In this document: positions 1 through 10,091 of the stretch, piece after piece | Numbering within the stretch: the first letter of the stretch is position 1 | How the letters are laid out: the number at the start of each line of letters is the position of its first letter | Assembly: GCA_002104905.1 (NCBI GenBank) | Contig: MCFE01000289.1 | Coordinates: forward strand, 38,849 to 102,848 | DNA from: Basidiobolus meristosporus CBS 931.73 | Taxonomy: Eukaryota; Fungi; Basidiobolomycota | Length of the DNA stretch: 64,000 nt | Direction: 5' to 3' | Position numbers and translations under genes: made by a program | The notes under the pieces: generated by a model | Database searches by the model: none | Told to the model about the DNA's origin: nothing | The model's input: only the letters and a program-made list of their open reading frames with translations

Positions 1-41
1 CCAGATAAGGTTCACTCCGAGTGCTTACCGTATTCTTGCAG

Positions 42-979
42 ACGCTGTACTTGACCCTGCTGACTATTGGAGTGGTGATTTTCTTGATGTACGGTTGGCC
101 AGAGGTGCCAGGGCCTTACGTTCATTGGTTCAATGTGTAAGTGACTTGTGGCTCGCGTTTTCATGATGTCGTTTGTCGCTAACCTGCTGCAGCTATACCA
201 TACCACCGACGATTCTCTTCACGTACGCAGCGTTTGCCAGAGCATGCTTCAGTGACCCAGGAGTCATCGATGAGACGAATGTTCAGAAAGCCTGCGAAGT
301 ATACGACTACGATCATCTGATCTTTCATCCCAAGGACTGCGCGACTTGCAAGATCCAGAAGCCAGCACGATCCAAGCATTGTTCCCTCTGTGGGTCCTGT
401 ATCGCAAAGCATGACCACCACTGCATCTGGGTGAATAACTGCGTCGGCCAGAAGAACCACAAATACTTTCTGTTGTTTCTTTTTGCGACCATATTCATCG
501 CGTTCTACGCCACCGTGGTGATCGTGCTGATATTTCTCGGTAAGATCCACGAACAAGGTCTCCACAATTTCCATTACACCAACCAGGCGGGGCGGACGTA
601 CAAGGTCCCGATGTACAAAGTGTTCATATACATGCTGCACAAGAATGTTTTGCTCGGTTCGCTGGCCATTCTCGCCGTCCTGACCGGAATGATCGTTCTG
701 TTCTTCACATTAGGCCACGTTCTGACCATCCTGAACGGGATCACCACCAACGAGGGCCTCAAGTGGGAGGATATCGACGGACTCATCAGACAAGGCCGGC
801 TGATCCGAAACAAGCCTAAAGACGATCCACTTGCACGCCAAGCCATCATCGTCGACAAAGTGGACCCGACCAATGCCGATCAGTCGGATCCGGTGCAGAG
901 CCTCGAGGAGTTGGAGAACATCTACGACAGAGGGGTTTGGGGGAATCTGATGGACTTGCTATTTCCACAGCCCATATAG
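42..979 (+). CDS. DHHC palmitoyltransferase, SWF1-like; 5' end lies outside the window; exons ~42-136 and 193-979
   Basis: DHHC cysteine-rich domain [37 protein letters not shown], followed by TM helices and TTNE; GTAAGT...CTAAC...CAG intron at 137-192 joins the exons in frame. Confidence 0.92.
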
Positions 980-1302
980 AATCTTTCTGTTCGGTTGGGA
1001 TTTATTGCGGGTTTTTGAGGGCCAAAGTATTTAGACTAATCTACGCACGCATCGTTGTATATGTGTTTTTGTGAGTAAACGTATTGAACGCACTTGGAGA
1101 CCTCTATTTTTATAATTACTACAAGGAATGGCTGTGTACAATCGAGGTTCCACCGAGATGTTTATGGTTTGTCAAGGGAGCGCCCGCTTGCCCTCAGGTA
1201 GCCGGGGGTCCAGGCTCGGGGCTGGTTGTATGCTGCTTGTCGTAGGGCGGCTCTACGGCTGGTCTATTGGATTCCAAGTAAATTAGTAATAGGAGATGAT
1301 AG

Positions 1303-2563
1303 TCAGTCACCGAGACCACTTGCCTCCGAATCTACATGGCCTCCGGCCTCAGCCGAGGGAGTTTTCTCCTGAAGAGTCCTGCCACTTAGTCTCGTCAACT
1401 TTTCGGCCTGGTATTTCTTGACCTGTTGCCCGATCTCTGATATCAAGTCTTCCTTCACTGTGGTCAGAGGCGAGATCTTCCAATCGTCTACGCCGAGAGT
1501 ATCTCGGTAGAAATTGGCCGAGGCCTTATGTGCAGTATCGGTGTTGATGATTTTCCGCTTCAGCTCCGCATACCGGCTTGCGATGGCGTTGAGACTGTTT
1601 TTGAAGCCCAGTTCACTGATACCTCCCTGGCAAGCCGGTGCCTTTAATGACTGGAATGTCGCGATACGGATACATCAAATGCTTACCAGAGAATTCGTGA
1701 GGATCTCCTTCTCAAAATGGGCCAAACGTTGACTGGTGCTGTTGGGGGGGCGTGGTTAGTCCCATCTTGAGTGCAAGAATGGCGCGCATGTGCCGCTACC
1801 TTTCGTTCTCCACGTGCTCATCTCCCGGGTTTCGGGATTGGCTTTCTAGCCAAGCTACGAATATAAAGGCTCCGTCCTCTCTGAGCCGGTGAAATATATA
1901 GACTGCGTCGTTAAGCTCTAAATCTCCACAGTGCTTGTACAATCCCCAAAGCCTTTTCCACGTTTCTTCAAACCAAAAGGGCAGTTAGTTTTTTCTAGCT
2001 GGTTTCGCAGCTGCGCTTCAATGTGTGAGGGTACCAACCAAGTGTCACCCGAATCCCGACTTTCGGAAACGTTTCTGGTTGAGTATAATACAACAGATAG
2101 AGCGCGTAGAGAGTGCCCAGTTTGATCTCCAGCGCCTTGTGATCATCGAAGTAATCTAAAGGAGGAAGGGATTAGCTCTGCGTTCCAGGGGGTTGTTTTC
2201 CTATCGAACCGGCATCGCTAGCAGATCGACAGCCGTTCTGGAGTTCGGTACCTAGGACCAGGTGATATAGCGCATTCATAAACAGCTCTCGGGCGTTTTT
2301 CTCTGTACAGCCGAAATGGATCAACGAGAAGTCCAGCTCGCCCCAAGTTTCGGAAAACGCTTCAAAGGACGGGTTCTGCTTCTGAGTGATGGTGGGCAGG
2401 GGTCAGCAAAGCGGGTGATGAGCATCGGGAACTCGGTTGTGGTGAAGGCGCTTACTTTTTGATACGTTAGAAGCAACACCCGGATATCTTGCTCCAATGC
2501 TTTTTTGTAAATGCCAGTGGAACCTAAAGGTATGTAATCTACGGCTTCCTCAGCATTGGCCAT
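1303..2563 (-). CDS. SNAPC1: snRNA-activating protein complex subunit 1 (SNAP43-like), about 6 exons
   Basis: Manual splicing gives ...ALEQDIRVLLLTYQK / KQNPSFEAFSETWGELDFSLIHFG...ELFMNALY / LEIKLGTLYALYLLYYTQP...IRVTL / DAVYIFHRLREDGAFIF, co-linear with the SNAP43 N-terminal domain as I recall it (FEDFTELW..FGTIFCG; IRVGALYLLYGLYNTQ; DAAYIFRKLRLDRAFHF). Confidence 0.8.
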
Positions 2564-2684
2564 TCTATAACTATAGACAACCCTATTTTCAGGTGGAAAG
2601 GTGGGCGAAAAGAAAAACTACGGTCACAATTCAAGGCGATTTATTGCGATCTATTTCATTAGGAAAATCTGGTCAGGAGAGATT

Positions 2685-4136
2685 TCAATACTTGAGGGGG
2701 ATTGGATCCAATCTACCCAGGAATGTGTTGTGTAAATATCGGATATTCTCACTAAAGGTGGATTTGTTGGTCCCTACAAAGTACTGCCCATTCGCAGCCA
2801 CCATGGATTCCACCATTGGCACCAGGAATCTCCCAATACTCGTTCCATCAAGAGAGTTATATTCTCTTTGAAGCGTCGTAAGCTCCGTTTGAAAATCCTC
2901 GGCAAAAAATGTACACGGGAAAGTACGGAATAGCGAAGTCAGGTTTGGATTGTGCAGTGGATCCGGTGAATCTGTAGACAAGTAGACGATGGGATATTCT
3001 GCAGGCTGGCCATGTTGAAGCTTGATGCACTGCGAAAGCGAAGGCCGTGTGGCATGAGTGGCGTAGGTTTGCGAGTAATGTTTGTTTCCCAGAGTCATCA
3101 TTCTCAGCAGGTTCTCCACCATACTTTCCACGTTTTCCAACGCATTTGATATAAAGATACTACCTTTAATACGAGCATGAACCGAGTAGTAGTTTCCGAG
3201 ACCTCCCAACTTTCTAATAATTTCGTTGGACGCATTAATGACACTCCGATGTGAGTAAATTAGCTTGCTTCGAATGAAGCTTTGATGCTGTAAGGCCTCC
3301 CCGGTCCTTGCAGTAACCCGATGGGTTCCAAAGACCGAACCTAGAAAAAGTATCCGGGCCGATAGAGTGCTAAGCTCCGAGACCTTCATGGTTTTGTTGA
3401 AGCGACTTTCTGATTCTTTCCTCTCTACGTCAATGTACTGTATCTCATCTTTCCAGATGTCTTTAATGTAGTAAATCCCCTCGAGGGATCCGTTATTGAA
3501 GCGGCTCAGCGCTTCAGGCTCCATGGTTTGTCGTTCATGAAGACGCAGGAAGTCTTGAAATACGGTCAAGTTATAAATATTGTTCCACGGAAGCATGGTC
3601 CAAGAGTCGTATTCATCGCACATTGCGCTTGACACCCGGGAGCAATAGTATAATTCCGCCTTATCTCTCTTACGAAGCAGGTCATATAACGTGTCAAATG
3701 GATACCACTTCAGCGGGTCGCCCAGGTACAGCGGGGGTAGGATTAAAGACCGGTTAAGATGTTTAGCTAGCAGTAAAGCATTTTCAAGCTCGATTCGCTG
3801 ATTATGAAAGCCGCTATGAGGAAGATAGGTCAGGAACCTCTCTTCGGGCAAGATTCTGAGCGGCACTAGAACCGAGCAAGTAAATAACATTTCCCTACAG
3901 GTTTTATTTCGTTGAGGCTTACCTAAGCTATGAGTGCTTGTGTATATGCGGGTGAACGCCGTAATGGTGCTTTGAGCACGATACAGTAACCAGATAAAAG
4001 CACAAAACAAGACAGATACAAGGGTTTTACTGAGGTGACCCATACAGTAACCTCGGTAGGTCCGGTTTGGCCTATGTTCAAGCACTCTATGGGTTTTAGA
4101 GGTCGTGGAACCAAATTGATAGCTACGTGACTGCAT
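2685..4136 (-). CDS. O-fucosyltransferase-like (GT-B) type II membrane protein, resembling Mucorales CigA-type proteins
   Basis: 483-aa single-exon ORF; N-terminal TM (TLVSVLFCAFIWLLY); motifs YLPHSGFHNQRIELENALLLAKHLNRSLILPP, SVHAR, VYLSTD and GTNKSTFS typical of the O-FucT family. Confidence 0.75.
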   Translation of the reverse strand: MQSRSYQFGSTTSKTHRVLEHRPNRTYRGYCMGHLSKTLVSVLFCAFIWLLYRAQSTITAFTRIYTSTHSLGKPQRNKTCREMLFTCSVLVPLRILPEERFLTYLPHSGFHNQRIELENALLLAKHLNRSLILPPLYLGDPLKWYPFDTLYDLLRKRDKAELYYCSRVSSAMCDEYDSWTMLPWNNIYNLTVFQDFLRLHERQTMEPEALSRFNNGSLEGIYYIKDIWKDEIQYIDVERKESESRFNKTMKVSELSTLSARILFLGSVFGTHRVTARTGEALQHQSFIRSKLIYSHRSVINASNEIIRKLGGLGNYYSVHARIKGSIFISNALENVESMVENLLRMMTLGNKHYSQTYATHATRPSLSQCIKLQHGQPAEYPIVYLSTDSPDPLHNPNLTSLFRTFPCTFFAEDFQTELTTLQREYNSLDGTSIGRFLVPMVESMVAANGQYFVGTNKSTFSENIRYLHNTFLGRLDPIPLKY

Positions 4137-4484
4137 CTATCAGGGGCGAAAAATGTTGGCAAGGTAGGGAATATTTCACAAGCGAAGGAGGCCTAAAGAA
4201 AAGGTGCCTCCAAAGTACCAAGATGCATATAAATAGCTGGTTAAGAAAGGCGTTGAGATTCAGTCTGGAAGCAAAGCCATTCTAAGTACGGTCCCTGGTT
4301 TTGCTACTTATGATTCAGACAATCCCCCTAATAGAGTAGCAGCCGGTTTTAACTCTTGCCTAAATGCATATAAATATATCTATATGGAATGCACCTGCAT
4401 TGTTGGCAGGGTAGGTAGACAATGTTATAGATTGTATCTTGAAAGCTACCACTGCTATATAACGCGCCTATTCCAATCTCTTTA

Positions 4485-4505
4485 TAGGGTTAGGGTCAGG
4501 GTTAG
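4485..4505 (+). repeat. Short interstitial telomere-like tract TAGGGTTAGGGTCAGGGTTAG
   Basis: Read directly; lies in the divergent intergenic region between the O-FucT-like and rhomboid genes. Confidence 0.7.
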
Positions 4506-4557
4506 TGATTGATCATGATAAATATAACCGCACGTGGATCATTGTCTAACTGACCAG

Positions 4558-5383
4558 GTGGCTTGGAATCCAAGAGCGGGCCAAGGTATCTTTGCTATGT
4601 TCCAGCGAAAGTGTATAGTTTTTCCTGGAACTCTTCTGCTAGCAATCGGCTGCTGCACAGCCTTTCTGTTGACTGAAAGTGAGATTCTTGATGCTCCGAA
4701 ATTACTAAGTTACGATCCAGGCCTGATCGTTAAAGGTCAAGGTAAAGATGAACGATAAGGGAAACTCAACGGACACACTAATGCACGAGAACCTATTTTC
4801 TGATAGTATACCGCTTCCTTAGCTATCCAATAGCGCACGATAATCTGTCACATCTACTGGTAAATCTGGCAGTCTTCACACCGCTAGGAATTTATTACGA
4901 AAGATACCTAGATAGCCCAGGAACTTTCCTTTATACCATATTTGCTATATTTACGTTCGTCCCGGCGTTCTTATGCTTCCTAGGCTCCTTCCTGCTGGTC
5001 GATTTGAACGAAATGAGTCTGGCTGGATGCAGTGGCTGGTGTTTTATACTAAGTACTTGGATGGTGAAAAGACATCAGTACAAAAGGTCTTCTGCATTCT
5101 AGGGTGGATACTTGAAAGCAACCGCTTTACTAATGACTATTATCTATATAGGTTCCTGTGGCTATTTCCAATCCTGCTGCTTCTATTCTATGCCGCTGTA
5201 TGCCCAGACTCCACCTTTGCTGGACACGCAGCTTGTGTTGTTTTCGGCTACTTGTGTAAGTTGTCTTGTGATGCCCTGACTGATAAGTAGCATCACCTAA
5301 TTGATTGTGTAGTCTCACACGGAGCCTTCAACTATCTTATACCAATCCGTGTTTCTCAGGCCAGCGAGTATTCGACGTTTTAA
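4558..5383 (+). CDS. Rhomboid intramembrane serine protease, RBD2-like; multi-exon, start uncertain
   Basis: Spliced frames give HDNLSHLLVNLAVFTPLGIYYERYL, AGCSGWCF (GxSG catalytic Ser) and FAGHAACVVFGYL (catalytic His); predicted stop TAA at 5381-5383. Confidence 0.75.
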
Positions 5384-6226
5384 GGGTCAATTCAATAATT
5401 GATCAAGTGCTGACGAAGAATCAGATTAGCTTTGTGTCAACCCTACTTGGAAGCCAATGGTAGATCATCTGCGATAAAATAATCATCCTTCGATGTACCG
5501 GAACATATCTAGTGGCGTGCATCTGTAGTAAGGGATACTAAGCTTTGCTCAGAGTAAAGCAGGCGCCACAGATGTTCGGTGGCGCCTTCATCAATCCAAA
5601 GCCATTCCGTGATATCTACGGAGGCGTTATATTATCAACATCCAGATAGTAAACAGAACCACTTGTAGCACACAAATCTTAATCGTCAATGGCACTTTCT
5701 GATTGTATACAGGCTCAACCGCACATAGATAATCTATGATTCATCGCGCTAAGCAGAGCCCAATGTTGTATAGCCTGTTAGTGTCCTCCCTACTTCAGCT
5801 GGTCCATAATAGATGATCAGTCACCCGATGAAGATATTCCCAATTATAGTAACCATCATTAAGAGCTACCGGAAATTATTGGTAGACTTTACCAAGAGCC
5901 TTTAATCGAAGTTCGAGCACCTCCGACCTTGTTCTCTATGATCAATCTACTGATGGCTAAGCGTGCGAAATGAGATTGCCTTGGCTTTATCTTTCCCGAA
6001 AACCAACAGGAATCAGGTGGTCTCGTGAGCCCTAAAGATTGTTACGTCGTGGACTTACTACGAACATTACACAATCGGAATAACTGCACGCGCTATTTTA
6101 CAAACTGAGTCAAATATGAGCAGCGTATGACCTTTTCCCAACACCCCGTCCCGTATAAAAGCAATGTGATTCGGTTCGTCCTCAGCATTCACCCGTCCGC
6201 CTTCGTAGGGTTACAATCTCAATCAA

Positions 6227-7949
6227 ATGACTGTTCGTCTCTTTACCCGTATTAACTCACTCAGCACCTTCCGCTCCCAAGCCCGTAAATTGGCTTTGAC
6301 CCCCTCTAGCCTTCGTTACCAAGGATTCAGAGCCCTATCTGCTGTTCCCGAAGGTAGATGTGAGCGATGAAAATTTTAATCCTATCCATTTATTAACATG
6401 ATTGTAACGATTCTAGTCGCCGAGTCCTCCACCAGCAGCAAAGTTCTTACCCTCGAGAACCTTAACCCCAGAGTGAAAAGTGTAGAATATGCCGTTCGTG
6501 GTGAAATTGCCATTTTGGCCGACACCCTTAAGAATGTAAGTTCTCTATCCTTGGTGACTGATACCTAGGTTGGCTACTTATGTTCTTCTCCACCAGAAAC
6601 TGGCCCAAGGTGCTCAATTGCCATTCAAGGAGATTACCAACATTAACATCGGTAATCCTCAGCAATTGAAGCAAAAGCCCATTACCTTCTTCCGCCAAGT
6701 CGCCTCACTGGTAGAAAACCCCGAACTTCTATCTGACGAAAACAGAGAGAAGGTTGAGGCTCTTTACCCCAAGGACACTATTGAGCGTGCCAAAAAATTG
6801 GTTGCCAGTGCTGGTGGCAGTGTCGGTTCCTACAGCCACTCCATGGGAATCCCATACATCCGTGAGCAGGTTGCCAAGTTCATCGAGAGGCGTGATGGTT
6901 TCTCCTCCGATCCCGATTCCATCTTCCTTACTGCCGGTGCTTCTCCAGCAGTTCAATTGGTTTTGCAATGCATGATTGACAAGCCAGAGGTTGGAGTTTT
7001 GATCCCAATTCCCCAATACCCTCTCTACACTGCCTCCCTTGCCTTGTTCAATGGACAGCCAGTTCCTTACTACTTGGATGAGGAGAATGCCTGGGGAATG
7101 AACATTGCTGACTTGAAGAAGTCCGTGGATGAGGCCAGACGTAATGGTACCGACGTTCGTGCACTTGTCATCATCAACCCTGGAAACCCCACCGGACAAT
7201 GCTTAACTGAGGAGAATATGCGCGATGTCATAGATTTCTGCCAACGTGAAAGACTTGTTCTCTGCGCCGATGAGGTCTACCAAACTAATATCTACGTCCC
7301 CGAAGAAAGACCTTTCCACTCATTTAAGAAGGTTCTCAAGAGCATGGGATCAAGCTACGAGAATGTTGAGCTCTTCTCGTTCCACTCCATTTCCAAGGGT
7401 ATGATCGGAGAATGTGGTAGACGTGGTGGATATGTCGAGTGCACCGGAATTGACCCCAAGGTTATCGACCAGATGTACAAGATCTCTTCTATCTCTCTTT
7501 GCCCCAATGTTCAAGGCCAGGTTATGATGGAGCTGATGGTCAACCCTCCTCAACCTGGGGAGCCTTCATACGAACTATACAAGAATGAAATGGACGACAT
7601 TTACACCTCCTTGATCAGAAGAAGCACCAAATTGGCCTCTGCCTTCAATGGCTTGGAGGGCGTTACCTGCAACAAAGCTGAAGGAGCTATGTACCTCTTC
7701 CCTCAAATCCGTCTCCCCGCCAAGGCCATCGAGGCCGCCAAAGCTGCTGGTAAACAGCCCGATGCCTTCTACAGCTTGGAGATGTTGAAGGAGACCGGTG
7801 TTTGCGTCGTCCCTGGATCCGGCTTTGGCCAGCAAGAAGGCACCTGGCATTTCCGTGCCACCTTCCTTCCACCTGAGCACACCTTCGATGAGTTCATCAA
7901 CCTTCTTGAGAACTTCCACAAGAAGTTCATGTCTACCTACAGAGATTAA
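6227..7949 (+). CDS. ALT1: Alanine aminotransferase (PLP-dependent class I/II), 3 exons, with a probable mitochondrial presequence
   Basis: EYAVRGE, NIGNPQQL, INPGNPTG, DEVYQ, FHSISKG(K-PLP)MIGECGRRGG, VPGSGFGQ; Arg/Ser-rich N-terminus MTVRLFTRINSLSTFRSQARK. Confidence 0.95.
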
Positions 7950-8246
7950 GCATGGATCATTCTAGATTAACGCCATCAATCTTACTCAGGTAACATCAAC
8001 ACTGTCACATTCACACCTCTAGCATTTCACCCCGTATTCCCTACTGTATACAATACCTACATACGGAATAAATACGATATTCCTTCGCCTTTCCAGCATT
8101 TGTTTATGAGCAATTTATTAAGCAAAGTCTAGTTTCAATCTCCCAAGAGCTATATGTATATGTACATAGATCATATATTACGCTTTGGTATGCCGCAGAA
8201 TTTTAGGATTCAAGTCTAAAACCCGTAACTGAGAGGGCCGTGGTGA

Positions 8247-8967
8247 TTAATAAAGACGTTGAGGTTTGCCCATGGAGCTCTTGATGTAAAGAGACTTGAC
8301 GTTTTGCCAGTTCTTCTTCAGGAGGGAAACCAAGAAGTTGACTGACAACATGATGTTACCGAGAAGTTGGTCCTCAGTCATTTGGACATGGCCGACCGCG
8401 ACACCGAGGCAAAGAACCTTCTTAAGCTGGAACTTGATGGTGGAGCGAAGTTCGTTGGCCTTGTCGGACAAATTGTCGTTGTGGGAAACGGGGGTGGGGA
8501 ATTTACCGGCCTTGTGGAGACCAGGGCCCAGAAGACGAGGGATTTGCTTAATCAAAGCTTCAGAAGCAAGGAAAGCATCGAACTTCTTGGCGAGCTTCTT
8601 GATAAGCTTCTTGTTCTTGTTCAACTTCTTCAAATCCTCGACGGACATAGATTCCAAACCTTGCTCCTTGGCTTGATCGCAGTGATGAGCATCACCAAGA
8701 ACACAGACCGACATCTTGGGGCGGGGGACATTGGGAAGCTTGATGGTACCAGAGAAACGTTTGTCACGTTGGGGATCGTAGTTCTTGAGACCGATCTGGA
8801 GCTCGACGGTTTCGGTGAACTTACGGGTCTTCTCTTGGGATTCAGCCAAGACAATGCGGACGCTCTCTCTCACGGCAGCGACGGAGACTTTGCTACTGTA
8901 GTATCGGGCGCATGTTAATGATGATTGATGGATGAACGCGCACCTAATCGATATCTGCGTACCTCAT
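8247..8967 (-). CDS. RPL10A: 60S ribosomal protein uL1 (L10a/L1); ATGAG micro-exon plus main exon
   Basis: [31 protein letters not shown]...[17 protein letters not shown]...[21 protein letters not shown]. Confidence 0.97.
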
Positions 8968-9190
8968 GTTGTTTGTTGATTTGTCGAAACAAAAAAGGAG
9001 GCCGGCACACACTTATGCAAGGCAAATATTTAACCCTGCTGCCAATACACCAAGATAAACAATTTGTTTAAGAGCAGGGCAACGGCGCCCATAATTTGAT
9101 TAACATAGTCGAAAAAAAAGAAAAAAACCCTTCCCTTGGGTTACAAGACCACGCTGTACGTAGACTCTCCCCAGGACTCCCTAGAGCAAC

Positions 9191-9640
9191 ATGTTATTCT
9201 GTCCGTCGTGTTCGAACCTTCTGCTCATCTCCAACGACACCGGTTCGAACCACTTTTACTGCCAAACATGTCCCTACATGTTTCCCGTGACCAGGACGGT
9301 GGGTGGTTTTGTCCAGCATTCCGGCGACATCGGCTCGAGATACTGATCTTTTCCTCTTCCAGCATGCCACCAGGAACGTGTTGAAGCGTAAGGAGGTCGA
9401 TGATGTCCTCGGTGGAGAAAAAGCCTGGGCCAATGTGGATTCCATCGAAAGTATGTCTTGTCCTAGTTGCCTGTTACCATTGGTTGCTTTGCTAAATCCC
9501 CTCGTGTAGCTTCTTGTCCAAAGTGTGAACATCCTCGCGCGTACTTCTTGCAGATCCAAATCCGTTCGGCCGATGAACCCATGTCCACGTTCTACAAGTG
9601 CTGTAACCATGAGTGCCAACACCAGTGGAAGGAGAAATAA
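9191..9640 (+). CDS. RPC11: RNA polymerase III subunit C11 (RPC10/POLR3K), 3 exons
   Basis: MLFCPSCSNLL..FYCQTCPY; KRKEVDDVLGG; CPKCEHPRAYFLQIQIRSADEPMSTFYKCC (two zinc ribbons). Confidence 0.95.
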
Positions 9641-10091
9641 TTCGCCAGCATCCGAGGGGCATCTACCACTAGAGAGACTAGGGCTTGGTGCATCCTCAGA
9701 TAACTTAATGACTAAATCATGTTGCGATTTATTAAATGGAATGTACAGTAATAAACATATGCACCAATGCAGGGCTGTGCCATTGAAGGATGGTCAGGAA
9801 TGGCAACCATTCCAACTTGTTTGCACAAAGGAAGTCCTACCAGATTTGAGAGTTCTTATCTGCCATGCAATTTCCTACTTATTGGCTTCCAGGGTACGTG
9901 ATCGATTTGGGATGGGAATGGGATGGGAATGGGATTTGGCTAATTGAAAATTCATGGCTTCCTGTTTGGGCAAACAATCTCCATTAACCTTAACTCACAC
10001 CGTCCCAGCCCAAGAATAGTGTTTATCCTTGCGCTAGGCTCTTCGTTTGTTTCCGTCCCTACTCGAGGCTTGCATCCATCCGAGCTTTTCT

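Noticed and set aside
5562-5586. 8-bp GC-rich hairpin GGCGCCAC-N9-GTGGCGCC
   Set aside because: Single short stem in intergenic DNA with no tRNA-like or other supporting structure; expected by chance
6729-8918. Long antisense ORFs over ALT1 and uL1 (for example 6729-7199, 8367-8918)
   Set aside because: Shadow ORFs produced by biased codon usage of highly expressed genes; no independent motifs
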